Shown here: positions 7,916-16,711 of the stretch, in pieces | Numbering within the stretch: the first letter of the stretch is position 1 | Layout: the number at the start of each line of letters is the position of its first letter | Assembly (NCBI GenBank): GCA_963819185.1 | Contig: CAWFVG010000003.1 | Coordinates: forward strand, 223,984-287,983 | Direction: 5' to 3' | DNA: 64,000 nucleotides | Origin: Bryobacterales bacterium | GTDB taxonomy: Bacteria > Acidobacteriota > Terriglobia > Bryobacterales > Bryobacteraceae | Notes under the pieces: model-generated | What the model was told of the DNA's origin: nothing | Databases searched by the model: none | The model's input: the letters and a program-made list of their open reading frames with translations, nothing else | Made by a program: the position numbers and the translations under genes

Positions 7916-8915
7916 TCCGCCCTATCGCATCGTAACCAAGCCCTACGGGGCGGCGCTGCTCGAACTGGCTCGCCGCCGCAAGGAGATCGTTTGCCTCGGC
8001 GCGGACCTGACTCGCCAGACCGAGACCGACGCTTTCCGCGACTCGATCCCGGAGCGCTTCTTCAACGCCGGCATGGCCGAGGCGAACATGATCGGCATTG
8101 CCGGCGGACTCGCGCGCGCGGGCCACATCGTCTTCGTCAACTCCTTCGGAGTTTTTTGCACTCGCCGCTGTTATGACCAGATCGCCATGGCGATCGCGTA
8201 TCCTGCGCTGAACGTCAAGATCGTGGGTTTCATGCCAGGGCTCTCCTCGCCCGGCGGCCCCAGCCATCAGGCCATCGAAGACGTCGCCTTGATGCGAGCC
8301 TTGCCCAACATGACCATCGTTGAGCCGGCCGACGCTACTGAAATCGGCCAGGCCGTCGCCGCCATCGCCGATCATCCCGGCCCGGTCTATCTTCGTCTGA
8401 AGCGCGGCGAAACGCCGGTCATTTTTGAGCAAGACCACCGGCTGGAGATTGGCAAAGCGCAGGTTCTTCCGCCCGCGGAACACGGCGAGGTTTGCATCAT
8501 CGCCGCCGGAATGATGATTCCCGCCGCGCTGGCCGCGGCCCGGACTCTGCGCGAGAACGGAGTCACGGCGACGGTGATCAATTCGCCCACCATCAAGCCC
8601 CTCGATTCCAAAACCATCCTCAGCGCCGCTCGCAACAGCCGCATCGTGATTACCGCGGAGAACCATACGGTCATCGGGGGACTGGGTTCGGCGGTCGCGG
8701 AAGCCATGGCCGAGGCGGGATTGGCAGCACCCTTGCGCCGCGTCGGCATCGCGGACCGCTTTGCCGAATCCGGCAGCCGCGAGTTCCTCTTCCGCACTTA
8801 CGGCCTCGGCACCCAAAACATTATCGACGCTGCTTGGAACGGCTTGGGATTCCGCGATCCCGCGCCACAAGCCCCCCTTGTTCAAACTCCGGAAGGCGCT
8901 TACGCTCCCGTCTGA
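7893..8915 (+). CDS. Transketolase, C-terminal (pyrimidine-binding) subunit
   Basis: 340 aa. FFNAGMAEANMIGIAGGLA and SHQAIEDVALMRALPNM. Overlaps the end of subunit A. The true start may be the second Met (MFDPP). Confidence 0.9.
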   Translation: MARDEMFDPPYRIVTKPYGAALLELARRRKEIVCLGADLTRQTETDAFRDSIPERFFNAGMAEANMIGIAGGLARAGHIVFVNSFGVFCTRRCYDQIAMAIAYPALNVKIVGFMPGLSSPGGPSHQAIEDVALMRALPNMTIVEPADATEIGQAVAAIADHPGPVYLRLKRGETPVIFEQDHRLEIGKAQVLPPAEHGEVCIIAAGMMIPAALAAARTLRENGVTATVINSPTIKPLDSKTILSAARNSRIVITAENHTVIGGLGSAVAEAMAEAGLAAPLRRVGIADRFAESGSREFLFRTYGLGTQNIIDAAWNGLGFRDPAPQAPLVQTPEGAYAPV

Positions 8916-8942
8916 CGAATCGAAAACCACGAAAGGACATGC

Positions 8943-9803
8943 ATGTCACTCACCAATTTTCTCCCCACGCCCAACTTCGACGAATACAAGGAGCGGTTCA
9001 AGCACCATTACAAGCTGGACCGCCGCGAAGACGGCGTCCTCCTGGTTCAAGCTCACACCGAGGGCGGGCCCATTCAATTGAGCGTCGAAAATCATCGCTC
9101 CGTCGGCCAGCTCTTCAAAACTGTCGGCGCGGACCCCGATAACGAGATCATGATCTTCACCGGCAGCGGCAAGGAGTTCATGATGGACTCCGATCCCGCC
9201 GGTTTCAAACTGGAAGAACAGGACCTGGATTATTGGGCTTATGAATACGCCTACAAAGACGGGAGAATCAACGTCAGTTCCTTGATTAACGACCTCGAAA
9301 TCCCCACCATTGGCGCGTTAAACGGCCCCGGCTTTCATACCGAGCTGTGTCTTATGTGCGACATCTCCATCTGCACCGAAGACACGGTGATTTTCGATCT
9401 TCACTACGACATTGGCTCGGTGCCCGGCGACGGTATTCATAGTTGTTTCCAGGAACTGCTCGGCGTCAAGCGCGCCGCCTACGCGCTGCTCACCGGCCAG
9501 GCCATCGACGCGAAGACCGCGCTCGAATACGGAATGGTCAACGAAATCGTGCCGAGAGAAAAACTCGTTGAGCGCGCGTATCAAATCGCGGACCACATCA
9601 TGACCCAGCCCCGCACCACCCGCCGCCTCACCACGCAAATCGTGCGCCGCCCGTGGCGCCAGCGCATCACCAACGATCTCGACGGCGGTTTCGGCATCCA
9701 GATGTTCGGCCACCTGGCCAAGAAGAAAGCCATGCACGGCCGCAAGCATATCGGCTCCACGGTCGATTACGTCCGCCAGGGACGCAAGAATAATTTCGAC
9801 TGA
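8943..9803 (+). CDS. Enoyl-CoA hydratase/isomerase (crotonase) superfamily protein
   Basis: 286 aa. Crotonase-like layout (IMIFTGSGKEFM, ALNGPGFHTELCLMCDI, LLTGQAIDAKTALEYGMVNEIV). Confidence 0.75.
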   Translation: MSLTNFLPTPNFDEYKERFKHHYKLDRREDGVLLVQAHTEGGPIQLSVENHRSVGQLFKTVGADPDNEIMIFTGSGKEFMMDSDPAGFKLEEQDLDYWAYEYAYKDGRINVSSLINDLEIPTIGALNGPGFHTELCLMCDISICTEDTVIFDLHYDIGSVPGDGIHSCFQELLGVKRAAYALLTGQAIDAKTALEYGMVNEIVPREKLVERAYQIADHIMTQPRTTRRLTTQIVRRPWRQRITNDLDGGFGIQMFGHLAKKKAMHGRKHIGSTVDYVRQGRKNNFD

Positions 9804-9822
9804 GCCGCTACAACAGCAGCCG

Positions 9823-10983
9823 TCAGAACAATTCTTTGCTGGCCAGCGCGGCGCCCTCCACCAGCGATTCGAACTTCGCCCACATCACCGACATGGGCAC
9901 CCGCTCGATGATGTCCAACTGCGCGAAGCCGCAATCGGTCCCGGCGATCACATTCTCCGGACCCGCGGCCTCCGCGTATTTGACGATCCGGTCCGCGACC
10001 ACGCGGGGATGCTCCACCGTCACCGTATGGTGCGTGATGACTCCCGGAATCAAAATCTTGCCCGCGGGCAAGCGTCCGTTCCGCCACACGCGCCATTCGT
10101 GCTCATGCCGCGGATTGGCGGCCTCAATCGAATAAGCTCCGGCCCGCACTTGAGTGATGAACTCTACCACTTCTTCCATCGGCGCATCCGCCACGTGCGG
10201 CACGTGCCAACTTCCGAAGCACACGTGATAACGCACGCGATCCTCCGGAATGCCGCGCAACGCATGATTCACCGCGTCCACCCGCAACTGCGCCCATTCG
10301 CGATACCGCGCCGGGCTCTGCTGCACCAGATGGTCGTACATGTTCGCGAGCACCGCGTCATCCACTTGCAGCAGCAATCCCGCTTGATAAATCTCCAGAT
10401 ACTCCTGCCGCAGCGCCTCCGCGATCGCAAAGATGTACTCTTTCTCGGAGCCGTAGAACTCGTTCACGCCGTCGTACGCCGTGCTGGCCGGCGCCACCGC
10501 CGTGAGGAACGCCTCTTCCACGTTGACCTCGCCCAGCGCCGACTGAAAATTCTTGATCGCCTGGCGAATCGGCTCCCGGTCCCGGTATTCAATGGGACCG
10601 ACGCAAGCCTCGGTCGGACGGCCTGTCAATGCCATGGGCATGTCCCGCGCGATCGCCTCCGGAAACCGCTCCAGGTCCCGGCCCAGCCACTCCACCGGCC
10701 GCAATTGATCCGGCCGTATTTCGAAGCCGGTGATGCGGTTCAAAACGTAGTTTGACCAGCTCGACTTTCCGTACTCGCCGTCGCTGATAATGTCGATCCC
10801 GACGGCCGCCTGCTTCCTGACCACGTCGGCTGTCGCGCGCTTCACCGCCTCCTCGTCGTGAGTTGTTCTGAGTTCGGGAGGACGCACCAGGCTTCCCACG
10901 TGCGTCGTTAGAATTCGCTTCGTGCTTCGTTTCATGGTTGAGTTTTCGGAATGCTGTTTGGGAAGAATATCACGGCGGCTCAT
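9823..10983 (-). CDS. Cobalamin-independent methionine synthase II (MetE C-terminal-like) family protein
   Basis: 386 aa. RILTTHVGSLVRPPEL, ISDGEYGKSSW and HVCFGSW..H with a C-terminal GTDCGF resemble the MetE catalytic-domain family. Confidence 0.8.
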   Translation of the reverse strand: MSRRDILPKQHSENSTMKRSTKRILTTHVGSLVRPPELRTTHDEEAVKRATADVVRKQAAVGIDIISDGEYGKSSWSNYVLNRITGFEIRPDQLRPVEWLGRDLERFPEAIARDMPMALTGRPTEACVGPIEYRDREPIRQAIKNFQSALGEVNVEEAFLTAVAPASTAYDGVNEFYGSEKEYIFAIAEALRQEYLEIYQAGLLLQVDDAVLANMYDHLVQQSPARYREWAQLRVDAVNHALRGIPEDRVRYHVCFGSWHVPHVADAPMEEVVEFITQVRAGAYSIEAANPRHEHEWRVWRNGRLPAGKILIPGVITHHTVTVEHPRVVADRIVKYAEAAGPENVIAGTDCGFAQLDIIERVPMSVMWAKFESLVEGAALASKELF

Positions 10984-11528
10984 TCCGGCGCGCTGGTCGG
11001 CGGCACCACTCCGTTCAACCGCAGGTAGACCGCCATGTATCCGTACATCTCATTCGAGTGCCGCACCAGGTTATACAGCGTGGCGAGCTTGGTCCGCGTC
11101 GGCTCCGGCGGGAAGGGTCCGCCGAATCGCGAGCTCACCAGCTCCACAGCGGAGGCGTCGGTCAGTGCGTTGAAAACGCCGTCGCAATAAGCGAACGATT
11201 CTTTGAGCGCCGCCACCAGTTCCGCTTTCGTGGTCTTGGACGCGGCGCCAAGCTGCTTTCGCTCCCCGTTGACACCGGCGCAGACGTTCATGTTCGCATC
11301 TGCGATATGAGCGATCCTCCGGGCGAAGGTCTCGACCTCCGGAGTCGGCCGGAAACTGTACTTATCCGCCGGCATCTTGTCTGCAAGTTTCAGCAGATTG
11401 TTCTTGATGGTGCTGTACATCCATCTGACCTCCGAGCTAAGCGTATTCGGCTGCTGCGCCGGCAACCAAGACGCACCCCCCAACAAAACCGATAACCCGA
11501 TTGATAACCGCAGCCACCAGCGCTTCAT
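10980..11528 (-). CDS. DinB family protein (secreted)
   Basis: Internal ATG at 11528 of the long ORF gives 182 aa, MKRWWLRLSIGLSVLLGG.. (signal peptide), with RIAHIADANM and LVRHSNEMYGYMAVYLR. The upstream part of the ORF is antisense shadow of the VOC gene. Confidence 0.8.
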   Translation of the reverse strand: MKRWWLRLSIGLSVLLGGASWLPAQQPNTLSSEVRWMYSTIKNNLLKLADKMPADKYSFRPTPEVETFARRIAHIADANMNVCAGVNGERKQLGAASKTTKAELVAALKESFAYCDGVFNALTDASAVELVSSRFGGPFPPEPTRTKLATLYNLVRHSNEMYGYMAVYLRLNGVVPPTSAPE

Positions 11529-11645
11529 CGCATTTGACCTCCATTCCAGAGGGTAACCATTGCAGAGAGTAACGCGCTCGCCGCGTCGAAGGCGATATAC
11601 TCTCTTAGACTGGCACGTGTTGAAGTTCGCTCTGCAAGGAGGTTT

Positions 11646-12690
11646 ATGAGGATCTCGCTTGGTTCCCGTCTCATCCCGGCGGCGGTTGTGGCCGCCGCGG
11701 CATTCACGTTCGCTTCTCTGGCGCCAACGCACGCCCAAACCCAGTCTCCGGCCAAGCCGCAGATCAAGAGCCTCTCCCACGCGATCCACGCGGTCAACGA
11801 TCTGGACACCACGCTGGCCTTTTACCGCGACGTGTTCGGCCTCAACGGCATGCCTCAGGATTTTCCCAATCCCGCCGTGCCGCTGCTCACCAACGCGCCC
11901 GGCGTCACGCTGCGGATGTCGATGATGCGGCTCCCCGGCGCCATGCAGTTTGAGCTCACCCATTTCAAGGGTGTGGAACGCCAGCCCGCGCAAGCCAAAT
12001 ACACCGACCCCGGCGCCGCCAGCATTGTTCTCCACGTTCGCGACCTGGACGCTGTCATGGCCAATGCCAAGAAGGCAGGTGCGCCGATCGTGACCACCGG
12101 CGGCGAGCCGGTCGAAATCGCCACGGCGAACGGCAAAGCGCGCTCCATCATGCTGCGCGATCCCGACGGCTTCTTCGTTCAAGTGGTCCAGGATGCTCCG
12201 GCCGCGGGTGCTCCGGAAAGCAATGTTCATCGCGTCACGCTCGCCTACACCATGGAGAGCGCCGAGGCGACCACCAAGTTCTATAACGGCATCGTGGGCC
12301 TCAATCTCTCCGGCCCCTCCGCGTTCTCAAAAGATCCGGCGTTTCTTAAGCTCGTGGGCGCGCCGGAGGGAACCGAATTCCGCAAGGTCACCGGCACCAT
12401 GCCCGGCCCGCAACGCTTACGTCGAATTCACCGAGTTCCGAGGCGTGCCGCGCACCAAGTTCCACTTGCGTGTCCGCGATCCCGGCTCACCCGCGATGGC
12501 GATTCAAGTCAACGATCTCAAGGGCATGATCGCCGAAATGAAAGCGGCCGGGACCAACGTGATTTCCGCCAATGGAGAAATCGTGGACTTCGGCGGCGGC
12601 ACCTTCACCATCTTCGTGGAGGACCCCAACGGCATGAACATCGAAGTGTTCGAGCGCAACGGCGCTCCGGGCAAAGGGAAGAAGCAATAG
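11646..12690 (+). pseudogene. Secreted two-module VOC (glyoxalase/bleomycin resistance/dioxygenase) protein interrupted by a +1 frameshift
   Basis: Frame 0 runs 11646 to about 12407 (..KVTGTMPG). It continues as RNAYVEFTEFRGVPRTKF..GKGKKQ in the +1 frame to 12690. The break is in C-run 12407-12409. Strong AAGGAGG SD before the ATG. Confidence 0.7.
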
Positions 12691-12700
12691 CTCGGCGGGA

Positions 12701-13747
12701 TCACCTGGCGGGAGCAGCCCGCGTGTATAACTCCCACACGAATCCGTTCACGTCCCGCACGAAGACGTTGCCCGCTCCGCCCGCACGCTTTACCGGAGCC
12801 CCGCCCGTGCTGACCACCGTACCTCCCGCGGCCTTCCATCGCGCGACCGCCGCATCCAAATCGCGCACCACCATGGTGAACGCGGGCGATCCGGGATCGG
12901 CCGGTCCCATGATGCGCGTCTTCCGCGGCACGCCTTTGTACTCGATCAACCCGAAATCCGCCGTCAAGCCTGGAATCGACCCGTGGGTAATCCGCCATTG
13001 CGCGCCCTGCATGCCGATCAGCTTCAGCACGGTGTCGTTCGTGGCCCACTGCCCGCTCGGCCGCGCACTAAATCCAAATGCCTCGGTGTAAAACTTCACC
13101 GACTTGTCCGTATCTTCGATCGAAAGCTGGATGCTTCCTCCCAGCACATCGCCCTGCGTGGACGCGGCATCTGCGGGAAGCGGGTCCGGCTGCTGAAGCT
13201 CGACAAAGAATCCATCCGGATCGCGCAGCAGCACCTCGCGCATCTTCGAATTCGGATTCCCGCTCGGGTTCAACGCCGCTCCGCCGGTGGTCACCACCTC
13301 CACGCCCGCGGCCTTCAGCTTCGGCCAGATTTTTTCGATGTCCCGGACCCGCAGGACCAGCGTGGCCGCTCCCGGATCCTGCAGCGCGAAGCGGTCCGCC
13401 TTGCGCGCGGTATTGGTGAACTCGGTCAGCTCCCAACCGAAATTGGCGCCTGGGATGCGGAACGTGGCGCCCCGGAAACTTGCGCCTTGCGTGGCCGTGA
13501 AGCGCGACATATCGGCGTCCAGGGCCTGAGGCATCTGCGCCAACGGATCACGCCCGCCGTTCACCGGCAGCCCCAGCAAGTCGCGGTAAAACGGTACGGT
13601 CTTGTCCAGACTCGCAACCGCGTGCGCCAGGTTCCCGAGCCCGATCACCGGCGTCGCGGAGGAATCGGCCGCCGGCTGCGCGAACAGCATCGCCGGAACC
13701 ACGGCAATCAAAAGCAAGTGAGTTCGTCGCAGGCAAGTTCGTCGCAT
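12701..13747 (-). CDS. Secreted two-module VOC family protein (paralog of 11646-12690)
   Basis: 348 aa. Signal peptide and repeated LGLxxxG..RDPDGFFVEL-type VOC modules. Collinear by eye with the frameshifted neighbour. Confidence 0.85.
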   Translation of the reverse strand: MRRTCLRRTHLLLIAVVPAMLFAQPAADSSATPVIGLGNLAHAVASLDKTVPFYRDLLGLPVNGGRDPLAQMPQALDADMSRFTATQGASFRGATFRIPGANFGWELTEFTNTARKADRFALQDPGAATLVLRVRDIEKIWPKLKAAGVEVVTTGGAALNPSGNPNSKMREVLLRDPDGFFVELQQPDPLPADAASTQGDVLGGSIQLSIEDTDKSVKFYTEAFGFSARPSGQWATNDTVLKLIGMQGAQWRITHGSIPGLTADFGLIEYKGVPRKTRIMGPADPGSPAFTMVVRDLDAAVARWKAAGGTVVSTGGAPVKRAGGAGNVFVRDVNGFVWELYTRAAPAR

Positions 13748-13758
13748 TTCCGGCTCCT

Positions 13759-14274
13759 TTACTTCAGCGCGTCGGCGCCGGCCTGCGCGGTGTGGCCGTC
13801 CTGGTCGCTGCTGCCGCCGGATGCGCCGATCGCCCCAATGATTTTTCCGCCCACGATGAGAGGAATCCCGCCTTCCACCGGAACAGCGCCGGTCAGCCCG
13901 AGCATGCGGAGTCCCTGCCCTCCCGCGGCCAGAGTGTCCTGAAACGATTTCGTCGGGCGGCGGAACAGCGCGGCCGACTTCGCTTTCTCAATTGAAATTT
14001 CGACGCTGCCGAGCTGCGTGTCCTGCATCCGCTCGAAGTACACCAGGTAGCCGCCGGTGTCGACCACGGCAACGGCCATGGCCCAATTATTCTTGCGGGC
14101 TTCGGCAATCGCGGCAGCGGCCAGTTTCTTCGCCGCGTCGGGAGTGATCGAAACACCGTAAGGAACGATGGCCGGCGCGGCAGCCTTAGGCGCTTGGCCG
14201 AACGCGGCGGCAGCAATGACGAGTCCCACAGCAGTCAAGGTCGGTTTAATTGACATGGGTCTATTATGGACCAC
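13759..14274 (-). CDS. GlcG/HbpS-like heme-binding protein (DUF336)
   Basis: 171 aa. MAVAVVDTGGYLVYFERMQDTQLGSVEISIEKAKSAALF and GGIPLIVGGKIIGAIGASGG. Confidence 0.85.
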   Translation of the reverse strand: MVHNRPMSIKPTLTAVGLVIAAAAFGQAPKAAAPAIVPYGVSITPDAAKKLAAAAIAEARKNNWAMAVAVVDTGGYLVYFERMQDTQLGSVEISIEKAKSAALFRRPTKSFQDTLAAGGQGLRMLGLTGAVPVEGGIPLIVGGKIIGAIGASGGSSDQDGHTAQAGADALK

Positions 14275-14647
14275 GCGGCCCCGACGCGCTCGCGTCGGTT
14301 ATGTGTCCGCTCGCGCCGTTGCGGATCTCCTCCATCTGCCACCAGTAGCGCTGCAATTGCGAGCGGCCCTCGGGCAGAATGCCTACGGTCGTGATGCTGC
14401 GGTTCTTCTTCAGCGTCTTCTCTACGCGGATCAGGCCCGCGGCCTCGAGCCGGGTTAGTTGCACCCACAAATTGCCTTTGGTCAAACCGGTCGCGGTTTC
14501 GAGGAACGCGAAGTCGGCGCTTTCACAATTGGCGAGCACCGTGAGAATTCCAAGGCGCGCCGGTTCATGCACCACCCGATTCAGATCCGAGAGCGTTGCG
14601 ACCAACGAGCCTTGCTGCGTCTTTCCTGGCGCGGCCGGCTTAGCCAT
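14264..14647 (-). CDS. Winged-helix (ArsR/HTH_34-like) transcriptional regulator
   Basis: 127 aa. VHEPARLGILTVLA..ADFAFLETATGLTKGNLWVQLTRLEAAGLIRVEK. Overlaps both neighbours (operon). Confidence 0.8.
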   Translation of the reverse strand: MAKPAAPGKTQQGSLVATLSDLNRVVHEPARLGILTVLANCESADFAFLETATGLTKGNLWVQLTRLEAAGLIRVEKTLKKNRSITTVGILPEGRSQLQRYWWQMEEIRNGASGHITDASASGPRGP

Positions 14648-15260
14648 GGTGCATCACGGGGTTCGTGATCGCCGCCGGAGGCGCCGAAGACTTTGCCAAA
14701 ATCCGCCGCAACAGCAAAAAATCAAATGTACTCAGCGACAGCCAGACCGCGCCGGCAAGCGAAAAGATGGCGGCTCCTCCATCAACGTCCAAGAGAAATG
14801 GTCCCGCGCCAAACAGAATCACCAGTCCGAGTGCCCACACCATCCTGCGGCTGGCTAGATTGGTGCGGTCGAGTATCGTTATCAGCATGGTGCTGAGGAC
14901 CATTAAGGTGATGTAATTGTCGGCCCACGGCGTATGATGCGCCTGAGAGGAGACCAGGACCACGACCACCGCGAGAGAGAGCAGGATGATCACCGGATGC
15001 CCGCGCATCCGCGAAGCCTCTTTCGTCGATTGTTTGACTGTCCCATAGCGCCGCCGGATGGCGATGGTGCTCCACCAATAGAATCCGCCAACTGTCACGA
15101 GAAAGAGCAACAGACCGGCCCATGCGCCGCCGCGGCTGAGATGCGGCAGCAGATGCCACGCAGGCGCGAGAAGCATCGCGAAGGGGATGGGCGCGAGACG
15201 AATCGTCTGGAGATCGTTGAAGTGGCGCGCGACAAATTCGAGGCGCTGAGGAGTGGTCAT
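14640..15260 (-). CDS. Integral membrane protein of unknown function (about 6 TM)
   Basis: 206 aa, strongly hydrophobic segments. First gene of a 4-gene minus-strand operon. 8-nt overlap with the regulator gene. Confidence 0.6.
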   Translation of the reverse strand: MTTPQRLEFVARHFNDLQTIRLAPIPFAMLLAPAWHLLPHLSRGGAWAGLLLFLVTVGGFYWWSTIAIRRRYGTVKQSTKEASRMRGHPVIILLSLAVVVVLVSSQAHHTPWADNYITLMVLSTMLITILDRTNLASRRMVWALGLVILFGAGPFLLDVDGGAAIFSLAGAVWLSLSTFDFLLLRRILAKSSAPPAAITNPVMHHG

Positions 15261-15270
15261 ACAGGCTCCA

Positions 15271-15310
15271 GGTTTACAGCATAAACCAATCGACGTTTAT
15301 AGCGTAAACC
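15271..15310. promoter_or_regulatory. Two tandem palindromic operator-like sites (GTTTA-N5-TAAAC), 23-bp period
   Basis: GGTTTACAGCATAAACC (15271-15287) and GTTTATAGCGTAAAC (15295-15309), each followed by CAATCG. They begin 11 bp upstream of the operon start codon at 15260. Confidence 0.55.
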
Positions 15311-15328
15311 AATCGCAGCCGTGAAGCA

Positions 15329-15348
15329 ATACCTAAAATTTCAGGTAT
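15329..15348. promoter_or_regulatory. Inverted repeat ATACCT-N8-AGGTAT upstream of the ClC gene
   Basis: Read directly. AT-rich spacer AAAATTTC. Lies 44 bp upstream of the ClC start. Confidence 0.35.
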
Positions 15349-15391
15349 TCCGTTAAGCTCTAAAGAACGGCCGAGGCCGGGTCGCGAATGG

Positions 15392-16711
15392 ATGATACCG
15401 CCTACTTTACGTAGTCCCGGCGCGTTCCGCTTCTGGATCGCGGTTATGCTCACCGCGGCCGGCACGGGCGTAGGCGCCATAGCGCTGACGCGTCTCTTGG
15501 AATTCACGCAGCGCTTGGCCTGGGGAGGCTCGGGCGTCAACCTGCTCGAAGCCGTTTCAGCAACGGCGGCGTCGCGGCGTGTGCTGGTGCTGTTGGGCGC
15601 GGGTGTTCTCACAGTCGCGGGACAGATCGTGCTAAGAAGGCTGGCCAGCGGCAATGGAATCGACATCGCGGAGGCGATCTGGTTCCATGCGGGGCGCCTG
15701 CCCGCTCTGCGGACCCTGGGTAGCGCGGTCCTTTCGGTCATGGTGGTGGGGATGGGCGTGTCGCTCGGGCGCGAAGGAGCGCCCAAGCAAGCGGGCGCGG
15801 TGCTGGCCAACTTCTTTGCGGACCGTTTGCGCCTCTCCGATGAGGCGCGGCAGCTACTGGTGGCGTGCGGCTCGGGTGCGGGCATGGGAGCGGCGTACGG
15901 AGTCCCGCTGGGCGGGGCTGTGTTTTCGTTGGAGGTCGTGCGCGGCGCGCTGGCGCTCCGCTTCGTTCTGCCGGCGCTGGCCACCTCCATCATCGCGACC
16001 GCAGTGTCCTGGCTGGGATTGCGGGACGCGCCGACCTACATCATCCCCGATTTTCACAACTCGGCCTCCGTGCTGATCTGGGCGCTGCTGGCCGGACCGG
16101 TCGCAGGGCTGGCTTCGGTAGGATATGTTCGCGCCGTCGCATGGGCCGATCGCAATCGTCCGGAGGGGTGGCAGCGTTGGGTTGCGCCCATCGTGGGACT
16201 GGCGCTGGCCGGCTTCGTTTCCACGCGGTTCCCGCAGGTGCTGGGCAATGGCAGGGACATCTCGCAACTCGCCTTTATGGGTCAGGCCGCGCCGCTGCTG
16301 CTGCTGGTAATGCTTGCGCTGCGGCCTCTATCGACCACTCTATGCTTGCGGGTCGGGACGCCGGGAGGCCTGTTCACGCCCTCGTTGACCGTCGGCGCCA
16401 TGCTGGGCGGAGTCTTGGGCTACGGCTGGTCCTTGGTCTGGCCCGGCGTTCCCCCCGGGCTCTTCGCGTTGCTCGGCGCCGCGGCGGTATTGGCCGCCAC
16501 GACGCAGGGACCGGTTTCGACCGTGATCCTGATGATGGAGCTCACCGGGCGCGACCGTTCCTTCATCCTTCCGATGCTGGTCGCGGTGGTTACCGCGACG
16601 CTTACCTCACGCACCATCGAATTGCGCTCCGTCTACGAGGCCCGCCTGACCGATGAACAAGTACAGCAGCGGCGCAGGGCTCGGGAGGCCGGCGGAGTCG
16701 TCACCGCTTGA
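15392..16711 (+). CDS. ClC family voltage-gated chloride channel/antiporter
   Basis: 439 aa, multi-TM. GVSLGREGAPKQAG, GSGAGMGAAYGVPLGGAVFSLE and GTPGGLFTPSL are ClC selectivity-filter motifs. Confidence 0.9.
   Translation: MIPPTLRSPGAFRFWIAVMLTAAGTGVGAIALTRLLEFTQRLAWGGSGVNLLEAVSATAASRRVLVLLGAGVLTVAGQIVLRRLASGNGIDIAEAIWFHAGRLPALRTLGSAVLSVMVVGMGVSLGREGAPKQAGAVLANFFADRLRLSDEARQLLVACGSGAGMGAAYGVPLGGAVFSLEVVRGALALRFVLPALATSIIATAVSWLGLRDAPTYIIPDFHNSASVLIWALLAGPVAGLASVGYVRAVAWADRNRPEGWQRWVAPIVGLALAGFVSTRFPQVLGNGRDISQLAFMGQAAPLLLLVMLALRPLSTTLCLRVGTPGGLFTPSLTVGAMLGGVLGYGWSLVWPGVPPGLFALLGAAAVLAATTQGPVSTVILMMELTGRDRSFILPMLVAVVTATLTSRTIELRSVYEARLTDEQVQQRRRAREAGGVVTA

Noticed and set aside
11529-12230. 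Upstream 230 codons of ORF 10980-12230
   Set aside because: This part is antisense to the VOC gene and has shadow-ORF composition. The DinB-family protein starts at the internal Met (11528), which carries a clear signal peptide.
15261-15391. Fluoride riboswitch upstream of the ClC gene
   Set aside because: None of the conserved crcB-motif elements could be found. The region is instead occupied by DNA palindromes typical of protein operators.
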